Source: an uncultured virus (IMG/VR IMGVR_UViG_3300006417_000225) (taxonomy: Duplodnaviria > Heunggongvirae > Uroviricota > Caudoviricetes). Taken from it: a stretch of 64,000 nt of DNA. The notes under the pieces were generated by a model that worked only from the letters and a program-made list of their open reading frames with translations, was not told the DNA's origin and did no database searches. Made by a program: the position numbers and the translations under genes. The stretch lies in IMG/VR virus record IMGVR_UViG_3300006417_000225; one strand, 5' to 3'. Each line of letters begins with the position of its first letter. The first letter of the stretch is position 1. Positions 16,941 through 31,900 of the stretch are shown here, in pieces.

Positions 16941-19900
16941 ATCTCAAAATTAAAATCTAATTCTAAATTTTCAATTCTATCCTGTGGATTATTTATATTA
17001 TCTATATTTAATTTAGATAATGGTATCCTTATAACATAATTATTATCAAATAAATTTGATACTGTATATTCAATAACACCTTTATCTATATATTTAGCTA
17101 AAATCATATTAATTATTGCATCTGAAGCATTATTAATATATATCTCAACTTCTTTGCCATTATTTCTAATACCTGTATCGATACTATTATTGCTGAACTT
17201 TTTAATCATAGATTTAGGTAAAAAGAATTCAGAAGAATTATTAATAGAAATACTATATGGCAAATTGTTTAAAATATTATTAACTTCATCTATCTCTTCT
17301 TGTGTTATTTCATTACTAATAGCTTTTTCTTTTAATTCTCTACTGAATTTTTTAGCTTCTTCTGCATTTTTTTCAGGTTTATCAAGTTTATCTTTTTCAG
17401 CTATTTTAAAATTTTCACCTTTTAAAACTTCAAAATCAAAAGAACTTGATTCAGAAAGTAGAGGTTCGTAAAATTCCCATACTTTATCATAATACTCTTT
17501 ATCATTTTTACCACCTATTTTACCACTATAAATCATACCTTCTTTTTCAAATCCTTCTCTTTTAGGTTCAAAAAAATCAGAAATTATTCTAACCCAAACT
17601 CCTGAACCATATGTAGGGGAATTTTTATCTTTATCTTGAAAATATATAATAGTACCTTTAACACCTTTTTTTATACCTTGTAATTTAGCTCTTTCTTTTA
17701 TACTTTCTACAACTGATTTTGAAACAGAAACTCTTGTTCTATCTCCCTCAGCAATACTTAAAAGAGCTGAGGCTCTTGTTTCACCACCTTTTACAGAGAA
17801 AACTCTTTTTTCTTTTTTAAAGGTTAGTTTATTGCCTTTTCCTATAGAGTCTTTTATCAACTTATCGGTATATAAACTTTGCTCTACTGAATATTTTTTT
17901 GTTGCATTTTTAATATCTTTACCTAATTCTTCTACATCTTCATGAACTATTTCTTCTGTTATGCTATAATATTTTTTTATTTCTTTATCTTTTTTGGTAT
18001 TTTCAGTTTTTGCAGTAGCTTTTGATTTCTCTTTTGTATCTTTTGATTTTTCTTTTGAATCTTTTTGTTTCTTTTCTGATATTCCATTTTCTAACTTACT
18101 ATAAGCTTCAGCTGTTAAATCTAAAAAATTATTAACTAAAGTATCATCAGAACTAAGTTTAAATGTTGATTTTTTCAAAAATTCTAATCCACCTCTTTCA
18201 GCTATACCATCTACAAGTTCAGAATTTTGACTCATTCTTTCATATATCAATTTTTTAAGTATATTTTTAGATAGAGATGTATCTTCTTCATTGCTAAATG
18301 AAAATAATGATAAACTAGAATTTGATGTTTTACCTACTCCAAGAGTGTATACTTCTTCATTAAAATTTCCAGATTTCCATGTTTCAAATGCATGAATTAA
18401 ATTCTCATATTTTTTACCTTCATACTTAAATGAAACATTATTGAACATAGGTATAAGTTGTCTTACAAATGCATCATTTGTTCTTAAAAAGTTTATCCCT
18501 TTTACTTCTTCAGCAGGTTTTACTTTTCTATTTACAACAGTTGATTTTTTACTTTTATCTCCTCTAGTTTTTACAACATCAGATGGAGTAACATAATTGA
18601 TTTCTACCTTCCCATCCTCTATTTTAACTTTTGAATTTTTAGGTTTCCAATAACCAATTTTTATATTATTATCATTTACCTTTATAGTTACATGCGTTTT
18701 TTCATAATTACTAGCATTATTTTTCATCCATTTTTCAAATTCAATCTCTCCGGTATTATAATTTCCAAATTTTGAATTTGTATTTGCTAAATGCTGATCT
18801 GAATCATTTACAATATGGGCCCCTGCATTTACAGCTTTTTGTATATTTTCATATTCATCAGTAAGTGTAATTACTCCATTCTCTTCTTGTACTACTGAAG
18901 TTTTATCTTTTCTCCTATTACCATTTGCAGAAAACATAACTATATCAGAGTCACTATATATACCTGTATTAGCTTTATTTCCAAAAGCTTCTTCTACTTT
19001 ACTAGTTGTACCAGATTTTGAACTAGCTATTGCTTGTGTTGCTATAAAAGATTTTGCAACTGCATTATCCATATATAATTCAGCTGTTGATCCATGCATT
19101 TGTTCAATTATTTTATTTACAATAACTGGTGTATTAGGTTTAAATTTAGGATTTTCATTATTATTAAATTCCTTCATTAATTGTACAGATTGAGATAATG
19201 TTTGAGCTAATATGCTATCATTGTCTATTCCTGTTATTCTTTTTTCTATTTCTTTAAGTAAATTTACTATAGTATCTATAATTTTATCGAATATTATTCC
19301 AGATTTTTTATTTAAAGATTTTTGAAATCCTTCATCACTCCATGCCATTGCTACAAATTCATGATTATTTAACAATCCATAGTATTTAGATTTAAGATCA
19401 CTTGTTAATGATGATAATGGTTCAATTTTTTCATCAGATTTTTTCATTTTGTCAACCCTATCTTTAGTGGATTTATCCATTAATTTTTCATAAGTTTTAC
19501 AAAATGCAAGAAATTCTTTTCTCTCATCCTCATTTAATAATGCTATGGCCTGATGCCTTAATCCCTCTATTCTACCTAAAATTTCTTTTTCCTTTTCTGT
19601 TAAATCACCTTTTTCTATTTTATCATATAACATATGGTGAGTTCTCTCATGTATAAGAGTATATATAAAATCTTCTTTTGCATCCATATCAAATGATACA
19701 CCAGGCTTAAGAGGATTAATATATATTACATTATTGCCATATTTACCTGGTGAATCTGATTCAGTGTCCATTTTAATCTTTGGTCTTTCTTTTATTTGAT
19801 CTAAAACTTTTACCATTTCTCTTTGGACATCATTTCCATCATTTAATATTTTATTAAAAGCAGTATCTCCATTAACAACTTCTTGATTTTTCAACCCAAA

Positions 19901-22900
19901 ATATTCTTCTGCTTCTTCTACAAAACTTCGATCCCTATTTTGTTCTATTGGTATTGACTTTACAAAATCAGCATCATAAACATATTTTTTATAAAAAGAA
20001 TCAGATTTATTTTTTAAATATTCTCCTTTAAATCCATTTTTACTCCTTACTATTTTAAAAATAACTTCATGATCTCCTTCAACATCCTTTACTAATATTC
20101 TAACAAAAGGAGCTATGCTGCCTTCATCATTATTAACATCAAATAAATTTATTTTAGAATCATTATATAAATTTAAATAAGCATATAATTTTTTAATTAT
20201 ATGTGCTTTAAGTGAAGTATCTGGCATATCCTCATATTTTTTTAATTTTTCCAATATCTCAGATTTTAAAGGAATATGATCAAAATCATCTATTCTTAAA
20301 TCATAATTTATTGGTGCAAAACTTGGACTATGTTGTACTAATTGTGTTAAAAATGATTCATAATTTATATCCCCATTTTCAAGTTTATTTTGTTCTTTAG
20401 TTAACTTATTACTTAAAGATACTAATACAGAATATGGCATGAATTTTATAAAGTTATATGGACTTTGATTTGCATTTGTCAAATAAGTATAAGTAATAAA
20501 ATCCTTAGCAAATTCTCTATATTTATCTATAGGACTATTTAATAATTGAAGTAAAGATAAGGTACCATAATGTGAATCTAATCTTTCAGTTCTGGCTGCT
20601 GGATATTTTAAAACTTTTTCTTCATTAAATATTTCTACAAATAAAGATCTAAGTAAATAATCTCCAACATTACCTCTTTCAGGGTCTTTTTTTATTTCTT
20701 TAAATCTTTTAAATATATTATCTTCTCCTCTCAACAATCTTTTTCTTTCAGAAACAACATCATCACTATAAAATAAATCATTACTAAAAACATAAGATTT
20801 ATATTCTTCAAAAATTTTTCTCCAATCTTTTTCATTTACTTCTATGCCCTGAACTTTAAAATAATTGTATAATTTATTCATCATTTTTTCATATGGATAT
20901 AGATGTTCTGTTATAGCATTTGAAAATGAAACTACATCTTCAACAGCATACCCATATTCTGTATCTCTCAATTGTTCTAATCCATCTATACTTATATTAT
21001 AAAATAAAGATCTTGAATCTCCATTTATAATCATTTCTTCATATAATAAACTTTTTAATTTACTTTCAATAAAAGATTTTCCTAATCCTTTAGTAGAAGC
21101 ATCAATAGCTTTATTCAATATTGATAATTGCTGACCAAGCTCGTCTAAAGCAAAAAATAAATTTAACACTTCTTTATTAGATGCACTCCCATTTTTAAGA
21201 CTTTCTATACTCGGTACAATTATTTGATTAGTTGCATAAGCACCTAAATTTTTTCTTAATAAATTATCAGCTTTTCTTGAATAATTTTTACGATAAGAAT
21301 TGAAGGTATACTCTCTTTGTTCTATATAATTTAAAACAGCAGGATGGGTTATTAATGCAACAGTATATTCATTGCTAAGAGACTTACCATCCTCAGATGA
21401 TAACATTAATAAAGCATTTATAGCATTAAATGTATTTTTATTAAAATTCAATACACCTAAATTACCGTTTTTAGCATTATCTAAAGCCTCATTCTGTATA
21501 TTCTTTATATTATCTGTTATAGATCTTTCTTCACCTTTATAAGTACTTCTTGAGTCAATACCCAAATTAGTTAATTTAAAGTCATTTAATACAATAAACT
21601 CCATTGGGAGAGCACCATTTTTTAATTTAAATTGACCTCCATTTTGGAGTATTGCATTTAAGGTTAATGCTATTGATTCTATAGCAACTCCCTCTTTACC
21701 TGCTCTATTTTCAAAATATGAATCAGTATTATATAATGGATCAGTTATACTATATTCTTCATCAAATGCATTTTTATTATCTTCAATTTCTTGAGCTTGT
21801 TCTTTTAAATCATCTAAGTCTAGTGGTTTTCTAATTATATCAAGCATTTCAGGGTGAGTAAGAATTTCCCAATGTAAATCAAAATATCTATTTTGTAAAG
21901 TTTTAAGATCAAGCTTTGATAAATCTTCATTACCTTTTTCTATACCTTCTTCTGTATATTTCTTATTTATTTCATCTGTTATTTTATCATATAAGTCATT
22001 TATTTTTTTATTCTTATTTTCTAAATCTTTAGTTAAATCTTGTCCTTTCTTGCTTTTTATATATTCAAATATTTCATTGTTTATTTTTTTAAGATTAGCT
22101 TCTGATTCTTCAAGATTTACTAAATTTTCTTGATAATCTTCTTCCTCTTCTTCTGTTCTATCCTTTTTATTCCTAAGAGGTTTTAAGAATTTTTTTATCT
22201 CTTCATTTATTTTTAATTCTTTTTTCTTTTTATCAAGTAATTTTTTATACTCATCGTCTGAATCTTTAAGATATTCCTGAAGAGATTTATTTCTTTCTTT
22301 TCTAAGTTTTATATTTTCTTCTTCATATTTCTCATTAATTTCATCTCTTATCTCTCTTCTACGTTTTTCATTACTATCATGTAAAACTATTCTTCCATCT
22401 TTAAATACTTTATAATTCCACATATAAGCATACAATTTATCAACGTCAAAGTCTGAACCCATTTGACCTACAATCTCTAAAGGAACTATAATTGTATTTC
22501 TGTTTGATGGTAAAAATCCTATAATCTTAACAGGAAGCATTGATGAATGTCCCTGATTTGGGATCCTTGCAGTAATTAATTGAAGAAGTTTTGGGTCTAT
22601 TTTTGATACATCTAAATCCCCATCTTCATCTATGTATTTAGAAATTTCAATTATTTCATTATTTTTTAAGAATTTCCATGGAACATACACTTCAGCTGCT
22701 TCAACTTTTCCATCTTCACTTCTAATAAATCTAGGTGTAGCATCTCTTTTTACTTTGTTACCATTTTTGTCATAAGTAGGTATTCTTATTATACCACCTT
22801 TTTTATTCGTATCTTCATATTCATCTACTGTTACAATACCAATAGCAGATGCTTGAACATATGATTGACCATGTACTTTTTGTCTGATTGTCTTACTTAA

Positions 22901-25900
22901 AAAAGAAGTAAGAACACTTTCTAATTTATTTGCAATTGGATTAAAGAATAAAGGTATTTTAAGATTACCCCAGCTATCCATCTCTAATGAAGAAATATCA
23001 TTAATACTGTAACCTCTTCTTTCAACCTCTTTTTTTAGTACATCTATTAATTTTCTTTTATCATTTAATATATATATTTTATTACCATCAGCATCTGTTA
23101 CTTCTCCTATATCAAGATGTTTCATTAATTCTTGTTTAGCAGCATTGAACATAGCTTTTCTTATTTCAGCTTTTTTATATTTATATTCAGGATGATTAGT
23201 AGCAAAATGATCTGTTATGAGTTTATCCATTTGAGATACTAATAATATCTCTTTCTTAGTTGGATCATATGGAATTTCATTTTGTATATAAAATCCAGAT
23301 CTTTTTAATTTTATTGGGTGTAATTTTCCAATTTCATTAAATTTACCATTTTCCCATACAGTTGTAGGTCTTATTGCCCCATTTTTAACAGCTGATTCAA
23401 ATAAAGCTCTATCTATTTTCTGTCTATTTAAAGCCTTTTTAAGTTTAGCTAATTCTGTACCTTTTATTAATTGATGTATTAAAGGGAAAGCTGCTGATTT
23501 GCCATAAAATCTTCCTGTTAAATTTGAATTATTTTCATATTTAATTGGAGATACTTGTACTGGTTTTTGTGCTCCATTCACAACAAGTAACTCTTCATCT
23601 GTCAATAAATATTTTTCTGGCACATCTCTATCCCATTCTAAACTATCTTGATATTTTAATTTTTCATAAATTCTTTTATATAATTCTTCTGATAAATGTC
23701 CATCACCATTATTAGCCCATTCAACATTTAAAAACTCAATTCCAGTTGTCAATTCATAAGCATCAGCAACATTCATATTATTATATTGCTTTATTTTATG
23801 AAGTTCTTTTATTAATGAATTCCTCTCATCATCTTTTATTACTGTTACAGTATATTCTTTTTGTTCGTAAAACTTAGTACCATCCCACACATAAAAATTT
23901 AATAATTTTCCAGAAGCTAAGTTTTTAGCATTTCTTTTAATCACCTCTTTATTTGTAGCAGAAATTGTTTTTAAAACAACCTTAGCAGACATTTCATTAA
24001 CAGGTATACTTCCATCATAACCTTTACCTTTTTTAAAAGATATAGCAGGATCACCAGAAATAGTTTGATAAAAAGATAGATTTGAATCTTTTGTTAAATA
24101 TAAATATTCTCTGGCAGCTGTATCTAAGACTTCTTCATGGTATTTTTCAATCTTTTCTTCAAAAGATCCTTTACCATTATTTACTGGATAATTAATTTTT
24201 GTATTTTTTATCCATTTTTCATCAATTAATATTTTAGATTCTTTTCCTTCTAATGTAGCTATACCTAATTTATTCCATCTATCTTTTATTTTTTCAACAT
24301 TTTCATTGAAAACTCTTGCAGCCATAAAGCTTACAAAATAATTGTCATTATTTACAATCATACTTTTACCAAATGAAGTATAATTGACATCCATTATCAA
24401 ATCTACAAGATCTTCAACTTGTATATTTTCAGCATTATTTGGTAATTTACCAGCCATAAGAAAATATTCAGCTATACCAGGATTGTTTAATGCATCTGCA
24501 CTAGGTTTTTCACCTTTTTTATATTTAGAATTAAATTCTCTTATTCCATTTTGTAGATTTTTATCACTCCAAATACTTTTTAAATGATTTGTAATTAATT
24601 CTTTAGCTACAGCATAGTTTATTTGAGGCATTGTATAATAAAATTTATGCCCCTCTTCGAATCTTGAATCTCCTGTATCACCTCCTTTAGTTGACATCCT
24701 ATCAGATTCTGCTTGAACACCTCTTAATAAAGGATCTATACTTCTATCAATAGTATGCTTCCCGTGATTATCAGAAAAAATATTTTTTACTGATATTGTA
24801 AATATTCTACTTTTATCTGAATTTGTTGGAGAAATTATATGCCTTGTATCAGATCCACCATTAAATAATAAACTTAATATAGTAGCCTCTCTTTCTAATG
24901 GAGTCATAGAATTTACAGGAACAGCTAAACTATTACCCTTTTCTGAAGATTCAGTTATCATCGAAAAATTAAATGCTGTATCTATAGAGTATCTTTGGCT
25001 TTTACCAAAAGCACCTAATAAATCTCCATATAATTCATTAAATGTACCGTTTTTTAATGCTGTTGCTACTTGAGTCATTAAATCAAAAGTAGTATATGCA
25101 AATCTTGTAGACCCATCTTTAGATCTAAAAGATTCTGAATACTCATTATCTGATCTGCTTGAAATAAAAATTCCTAATTCTTTAAAGAAATTTTCAGCGT
25201 CTTTAAATGGGTTTCTTTTACTTATATAATCACCTTCTTTTACATCTCTCATCCAAGTAAATAATTTACCAAAAGGAGATGTATCATTCATTGGATTAAA
25301 ATATATTCTTTTTCCTTGAATTATTTCAGTATAATCAGCAGATTTCTCAAATATAAATTTTAGATCTTCTTTTTTTATATTTATTCCCATTTCGAAGAAT
25401 AAAGGTAATAGTTTTTCTATTGCAGCATCTTTATCTTTATTTCTATAAAATGCAGCTTGTATTTCTTTATATTTATTATAAATCTCTCTACTTTTCTCAG
25501 TTAATTTTAAATTATACTCTGTATCCCTTTCTACAAAACCATTAGCTTCATCTAAATAATAAGAACCCCATTGTTGAACTAAAATACCAGCTCCATTATC
25601 TCTTATACTATCAATATTGTTAGATTCTAATTTACCATCTTTTACATTCCAATAAATAGTTTTAAAATTATTTTTAACATTTTTAAAATTAGAAACTAAA
25701 GCATTTCTTGTAGCAGTATCCCATGTTTTCATATATTCAAATAAAGCTAAATAATGTTTTTTACCAGAATTTTCAGCTTCTTTTTTTAATAGCTCTTCAA
25801 TTGAAGTATCAAGCATATCATTTTTAAAGAAAGTTAAATTAGGGATTCCTGACAATATTCTTCTTAATGCTCTTACAGTATCTTCAACATCAAGAAATTT

Positions 25901-28900
25901 TATATATCCTGTTTGTGAATCTCTAATATATACAGGATTTCCTTTTTCATTAAGAGTTGCTTTAGGTGTTAAAGCTATAGCTGTTTTTACTATATGACTT
26001 ACAGTATCAAAATCATCTATTTCAAATATTTCAACTCCAAATCTTTCAGCTGGACCTTTATCTGCTCCAGTTTCTCCATCTTCAAGCTCTTCTTCCTTTA
26101 AATCTGGTGATATCTTTTTAGCTATTGTTCTTAAAGAAATACCTGTACTTTGTAATTTTATTTTTGCTTGATTCCATATTACATCATAATATTCTTCAAT
26201 ATTTAATAAATCTTTTGATGTACTTTTACTATTATTAATATCTGATTCGAGTATTTCAAGTATACTTTCTTTTAATTTTTTCTCATCTCTTTCAGCACTT
26301 TCTTTATAATATTTACCATGTATTTTAGCTAATGCAACTATAAATACCTTATCTACAAGAGTTGTTTGTAAATCAAATGGAATAGAATTGCCATTCCATG
26401 ATGCTATTACTGAAGTTGCTTGATCTCTAACAATATCTCTATCTATTGCTATTGAAAATGGTATATTTAAAAATTCATTATTATCCTCTTCATTTTTTGG
26501 TGCAACAATTGCATTATTATTTATGCCTGGATCAGTTTCATTTTTTATGTAATTATCTTCAGAATCAAATACCCATTTATTATCTATTATTTTTCCATAT
26601 TTTATTTCTTTAGTTAATTTATTTTCAACATAAAATCTTCCATCTTTTTCTTTAACTATTGCTGCATCATACTCTGGATCATCACTTTTATTAATTACAG
26701 ATTTACCAGCAAGTTTTATTATTGGATAAGATTCTAAAGGTTTACCTTCTCCACTTTTTATTAAATCTTCTGTTCTTATACCTCTATCTCTCTCAATATT
26801 AAAGATTTCATTAGAATCTACTTTAAATCCTAAAGGTATTTCTCCTTCTTGTGTATAATTTACTCCAATTGCTATTATATTAGTTGTAACATCTTTTCCA
26901 GTAAGTCTTTCCAACATTTCAGAGTATACATCTTGTTGAGCTTTCCAATTTAATTCATTTTTTTCTATCTTTTTTTCTAAAGTATCTGTATTAGTTATTG
27001 TAGATTTTATATCAAAAATATGAAAATTTCCTTCTGAGTCAACTGCAATTAAATCAGTAGATCCACCTATACCATCGGAAAGTATTCCATTATTTTCCTT
27101 CTCTTCATTAAAATAATAAGATAATAAAATCTCTTTAGAAAATATTACTGCATCTTCGAGACCTGGTATTTCTCTAATTTTTCCTTCAATTTCTTCAAAT
27201 AGTTCTAATGTTCTATTAAATATTTGCTTACTATTCTCAGAATTATCTATAAACTGTAAATATTTAGATTTATTTTCATCATTATTTTTACTTTCTAAAT
27301 CTTCTAAATAATTTCTAGACTCTTTAAACTCTTTTACAAAATCTTCATAATTGTGTGATGTATGATCAAAATAATATCTTCCAATTGCATCTACATAATT
27401 TCCAGCAGTTATAGATGCTGGATATTTACCCCCATCAAAACTTTTCCCAATATATTTTGAAACTCTTATTAATTTAATTTCACCATCAATACTTTCATAT
27501 ACATCATTATTAGGTTTAAATTTCTTATATTCCTCAGATAAACTCTTAAGTACTTCAACAGATTTTGTTTGTTCTTCCCCACTAACTACTTCCTCTTTAT
27601 TATTTATTTTATATTCATATATAGGTTGTATATGAAAATATTTTATTCCATTATTTTCAATAGGATTTAAAAATGTTTCTGTATTTTCTAATATATAATC
27701 TTTTACTGGAATTAATTGTATTTTTCCATCTTTTATAAGATAATCTGGATTATTTCTATTATCATTTACTAATTCACTTTTTATTTGTTTTATATTTATT
27801 TCATTTTTATTGCTTAACTTTACCTCTTCTTCTACTGCTTCTTTAAATAATTGTAAAAACTTTTCTTTATCTTCTCCAGAAATATCTTCTGTAAAACGTC
27901 TATTTCCAATTTTTATTACTCTTTTTTCATCTTTGTTATAATCAAAATCAATAGCACCATTTTCCTTATGAGTTCTTATTGGAAGATATTTTACTAATGC
28001 CATCATTGCAGCAGTAGGTTTAATTTTATTATCATTTTTTAACCACTCTAAAGCTGCATTTGCGGCATTCTCATAATCCTCATCATTTATAGTCCTTGGT
28101 TGCAAGAGAACTTCAGAATATCTTGGTTTACCATCTATATTAGATTTAACAGGTATTTTTACATATATACCTGATGGACTTATTGCTTTTTCAGATTTTT
28201 GTTTATCAGTTTGACCTAACTTCAGTTCATAAGATGTATCTAATACTGAATTAGAAGGTTTCATCCCAGATTCTCTTAAAGAACCTTTTGATATATTAAT
28301 TATTTTAGATTTTACTATACCTTTATTTATTAAATCTTGTCTATGATTATATGTATCAATAGTTTCACTGGCTATTCTTTCGTAATATTCATCTACATTT
28401 TCTTTTGCAAATTTATTAGAATTTATAAATTTAACACCATCACCTTGTTGTTTTATAATTTTTACTATTTCTCTTACTTTTTCTTTCTTTGACTTTTTTG
28501 TATCTTTTAATACCTCATATATAGGACTTTTTGTATGAAACTTATAATAATTCTTTTTCTCTCCCTCACTTTCATACTCTTTCTGTGATACAAATTCATC
28601 ATTTTCGGTTGCAAGGTGCCAAGAAGAAGTGTGAACAAGAGCTTTTACACCATTAGAAAATGTTATAATTATCTCACCATATAATTTATCAGATACTTTT
28701 CCCAATTTTGGATTTTGAGCATCAATAGTTATGTTATAATCTGTTAGTCCACCTTCATTTAATTCTAATGGATGTACTTCTTGAATACCATCTGTACTCT
28801 CTACCCATTTACCATCTCTAAATACAGATGGATTTTTTGGATTTGATTTATAAGAAACTTTTTGTACAGAATCATCGTAAACAGGTTCCCCAGGTATTTC

Positions 28901-31900
28901 TCTACTTTTAAAATCTCTTTTTATATTTGATATAGATTCACTTTCATCTTTAAAATTACTATTTAATAAACTTTGTATATTTTCCAAAGCTTGTTCCATA
29001 GTTTCTACATTAGCATGTGCAGATAATTCTTTTGTGTTAGATATTTCTTGAAGAAGTCTTTCAAATTTACCAGGATCTTTTTTATATTCCTCAGAATCTA
29101 TAATTTTATATTCTATATCATCTAATAGATTTAAAATAGCTTTATTAACTTCACTTAATACGAATTCTTCAGATTCCTCTTTTTCAGCTTTATTCCCCTC
29201 AGTAGCTTTTCTTGCAAGTTCTTCTTCAGCAGCTCTTCTTTCTTCTTCCTCTGTCAAATAAGTAAAATATAACATATCTTCAAGATACCTTATATTATCC
29301 CTAAGATTTAAAGCCTCTTCTCTTAATTCTTCTCTTCTTTTATTTGCACCGCCTTGTAATTTATTATATCTTTTCTGAGCTTTTTCAGCATCTTTTTCAA
29401 ATATTATATATTCATCTATATATCTATCTAATGATTCTTTATATCCCTTAATTCTCCTTTTATATTGTTTATGTGTTTCTTTTTGGTCAAATACTTTGCC
29501 TTCTAAATCATCTCTAAGTTTTTTTTCAACACTACTTATTTTTATTCCCCATTTTTCTAATGATTCTAATGAGTCTTTTAAGAAATTATATGCTTTATCT
29601 ATTATATCAGTAAGCTTATTAATTAATTTATCTATTCCACTTAATCTTTCACTTAATCTATTAACTCTCTCACTTATAACTCTGTCAGTTACCTCAGTAA
29701 AAGTATTATCCTCTTGTAATCCTTTATAGTAATCTAATCTCTTTTGTACATCTTGTTTTATTCTTGAAAAGCTTTCTAGTTTTTCTTTTAAATTTAAAAT
29801 AGCATTATGTAAATATTGTATATTATCAAGATCATTTTCTATTTCTCTTTTTAATTTTTGTGCATTTTCAACTCTTATTAATGCTTCTTTATCAATTTTT
29901 AAAGTATTCTCTTCTATCTGTATTTCTAACTCTAAAATTTTATCTCTTATTTCTTCTTTTTTACCTTCTCTATAAAGTTCTTTTTTAGATTTTATTTGTT
30001 TTACTTTTTTATCTATTTTATCATCTACTATTTTTAAAAGTTCATCTAAAGAATTTGCTAATTCTTCTTTTTCTTGTAAAGCTTTTAATCCAGCTTCAAA
30101 TTCTGCTAAATCAGCTCCTTTTTTTGCTTTAGCTATTTTTTTATTTTGTAACTCTATTTTTTTTCTTATATCTTTTATCCTTTTTTCTATTTTTTCAGTA
30201 ACTTCTTGAAATATTTTATCCTCCATTTCAGGTGTTACTGGTACATCAATAGGTTTTTCCAATTCAGATAATTCATCCTCAAGTTTTGACTTTAATTCCA
30301 TTAAAGATGAATTAATAATTTCAGGATTAGAGTCCCTTAAAGATTCAAGCTCTTCATTTGTACTTGTTAATAACTTTGCAACATTATATGCATCAGTAGT
30401 TTTTAATTTTTTTACATGATCTAATAATTCATCAAATGTCTCTATACTGCTCCATCCTGCCCATTTTGTATAGTTACCTAAACCTTGTTCAGCTAATTCA
30501 GCAATAAAATCATTTGATACTTTTATATTACTTTGCAATAAAGCTTCAAGTTTAGCAAGTGTTGTTTCATGCTCACTTATTTTACCATCAATTCTTATTT
30601 CTTCTAATTTCCAAATATCTATAAATTCTTGAATATCTTTTACTTTCTTTTCAAGTTTTAGTTTTATAGCTTCTTTTTCAGAATCATATATTTCAAAGTC
30701 TTCGTCTAATGTCCTTATATCACCATTCTTATACCATTCTATAAATTTTTTCCTGTCAATAAACAGTTTAGGTGTAAGAGGATTATCTGTTAAAAGAAAA
30801 ATATTATCTTCATCAATTTCATATACTTTTGCTTTAACAGTTACGCCATCAGGTGTTTCAAATGTAACTCTTAAATCAGTATTTTCATCGAAATTATCTA
30901 ATTTTTCTTTTATTTCATTTTCTCTATCTTTAGCTTTATTCTTAAAATCTTCATTTTCTGCAATAATATTATCAATTTTTCTTTTTAATTCTACTTGCTC
31001 TCTGTATGCTTTTATTTTATTTAGCAAAAATTCTTTACCATCATCATTAATAGCATATCTGGTTTTTACTAATTTTTCTAATTCATCTAAATCTTTATCA
31101 GTATTATCAAATTTATGTTTATAAAAGAAATCATTTAAATGCTTGTCTACTACATCAAATTGAACAGATTTTAAATAACCCAATGCTCTGGAAGAGTCAT
31201 CTTTTACTTTCTTTAGTTCTTCTAATGTTTTCTTAGCTCTTACTAATTCTTTATCTTTTAAAAATTCATTTTTTTCTGCTTCAAAAGCTTCTCTTTTTTT
31301 ATCTTGTTCATTTTCATGCTCTTTTTTTTCTTTATCATATAATTGTTTTCTTTCCCTTACTTCCTCTGGTGATAAATTATCTTTAGCAGTAAGTTCTTTT
31401 AGTCTTTTACCTTTTTCTTTAAACTCTTCTTCTTGATATTGTACTGTTTTTAATGTATCTAAATCTTTAAATTCTACTGCATTTGGATTTACCTTTTTTG
31501 CTGCTTCATCTCTTTCTCTTATTTTTTCATTTAATGATTCCTCAATTTTTGAGATACGCTCAGTCATTTTAGGTATACCTCTTGAGGTATTTAATACATT
31601 TTCTTGATGCCAAAATTTTTGTGTAGCATTTGATTGAGTAGAAAATTCATCCCAAGATTTTTGCATCTCTCTTGCTCTTGAAGCAAGTTCTTTAGCTTTT
31701 TCTCTGCTTTCTTCAGTAGATACACCAAAAAGTGATTCTGCTTCCTTTTTACCTTTAGCATAATCTTCTAATTGGCTAATAAAATGCTCATCAGTACCAG
31801 CAGTTAAATTCCTTAACATTAAACCTGAAAAAAGATTACCCTCAATAGTATCAGAGGTAACATCATCGCCTTTATCAATTGCATCACTATATGCTTCCAT

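Noticed and set aside
26880..27480. Cas4 indicating a CRISPR-associated system
   Set aside because: The domain lacks the Fe-S cysteines of Cas4, and there are no other cas genes or arrays.
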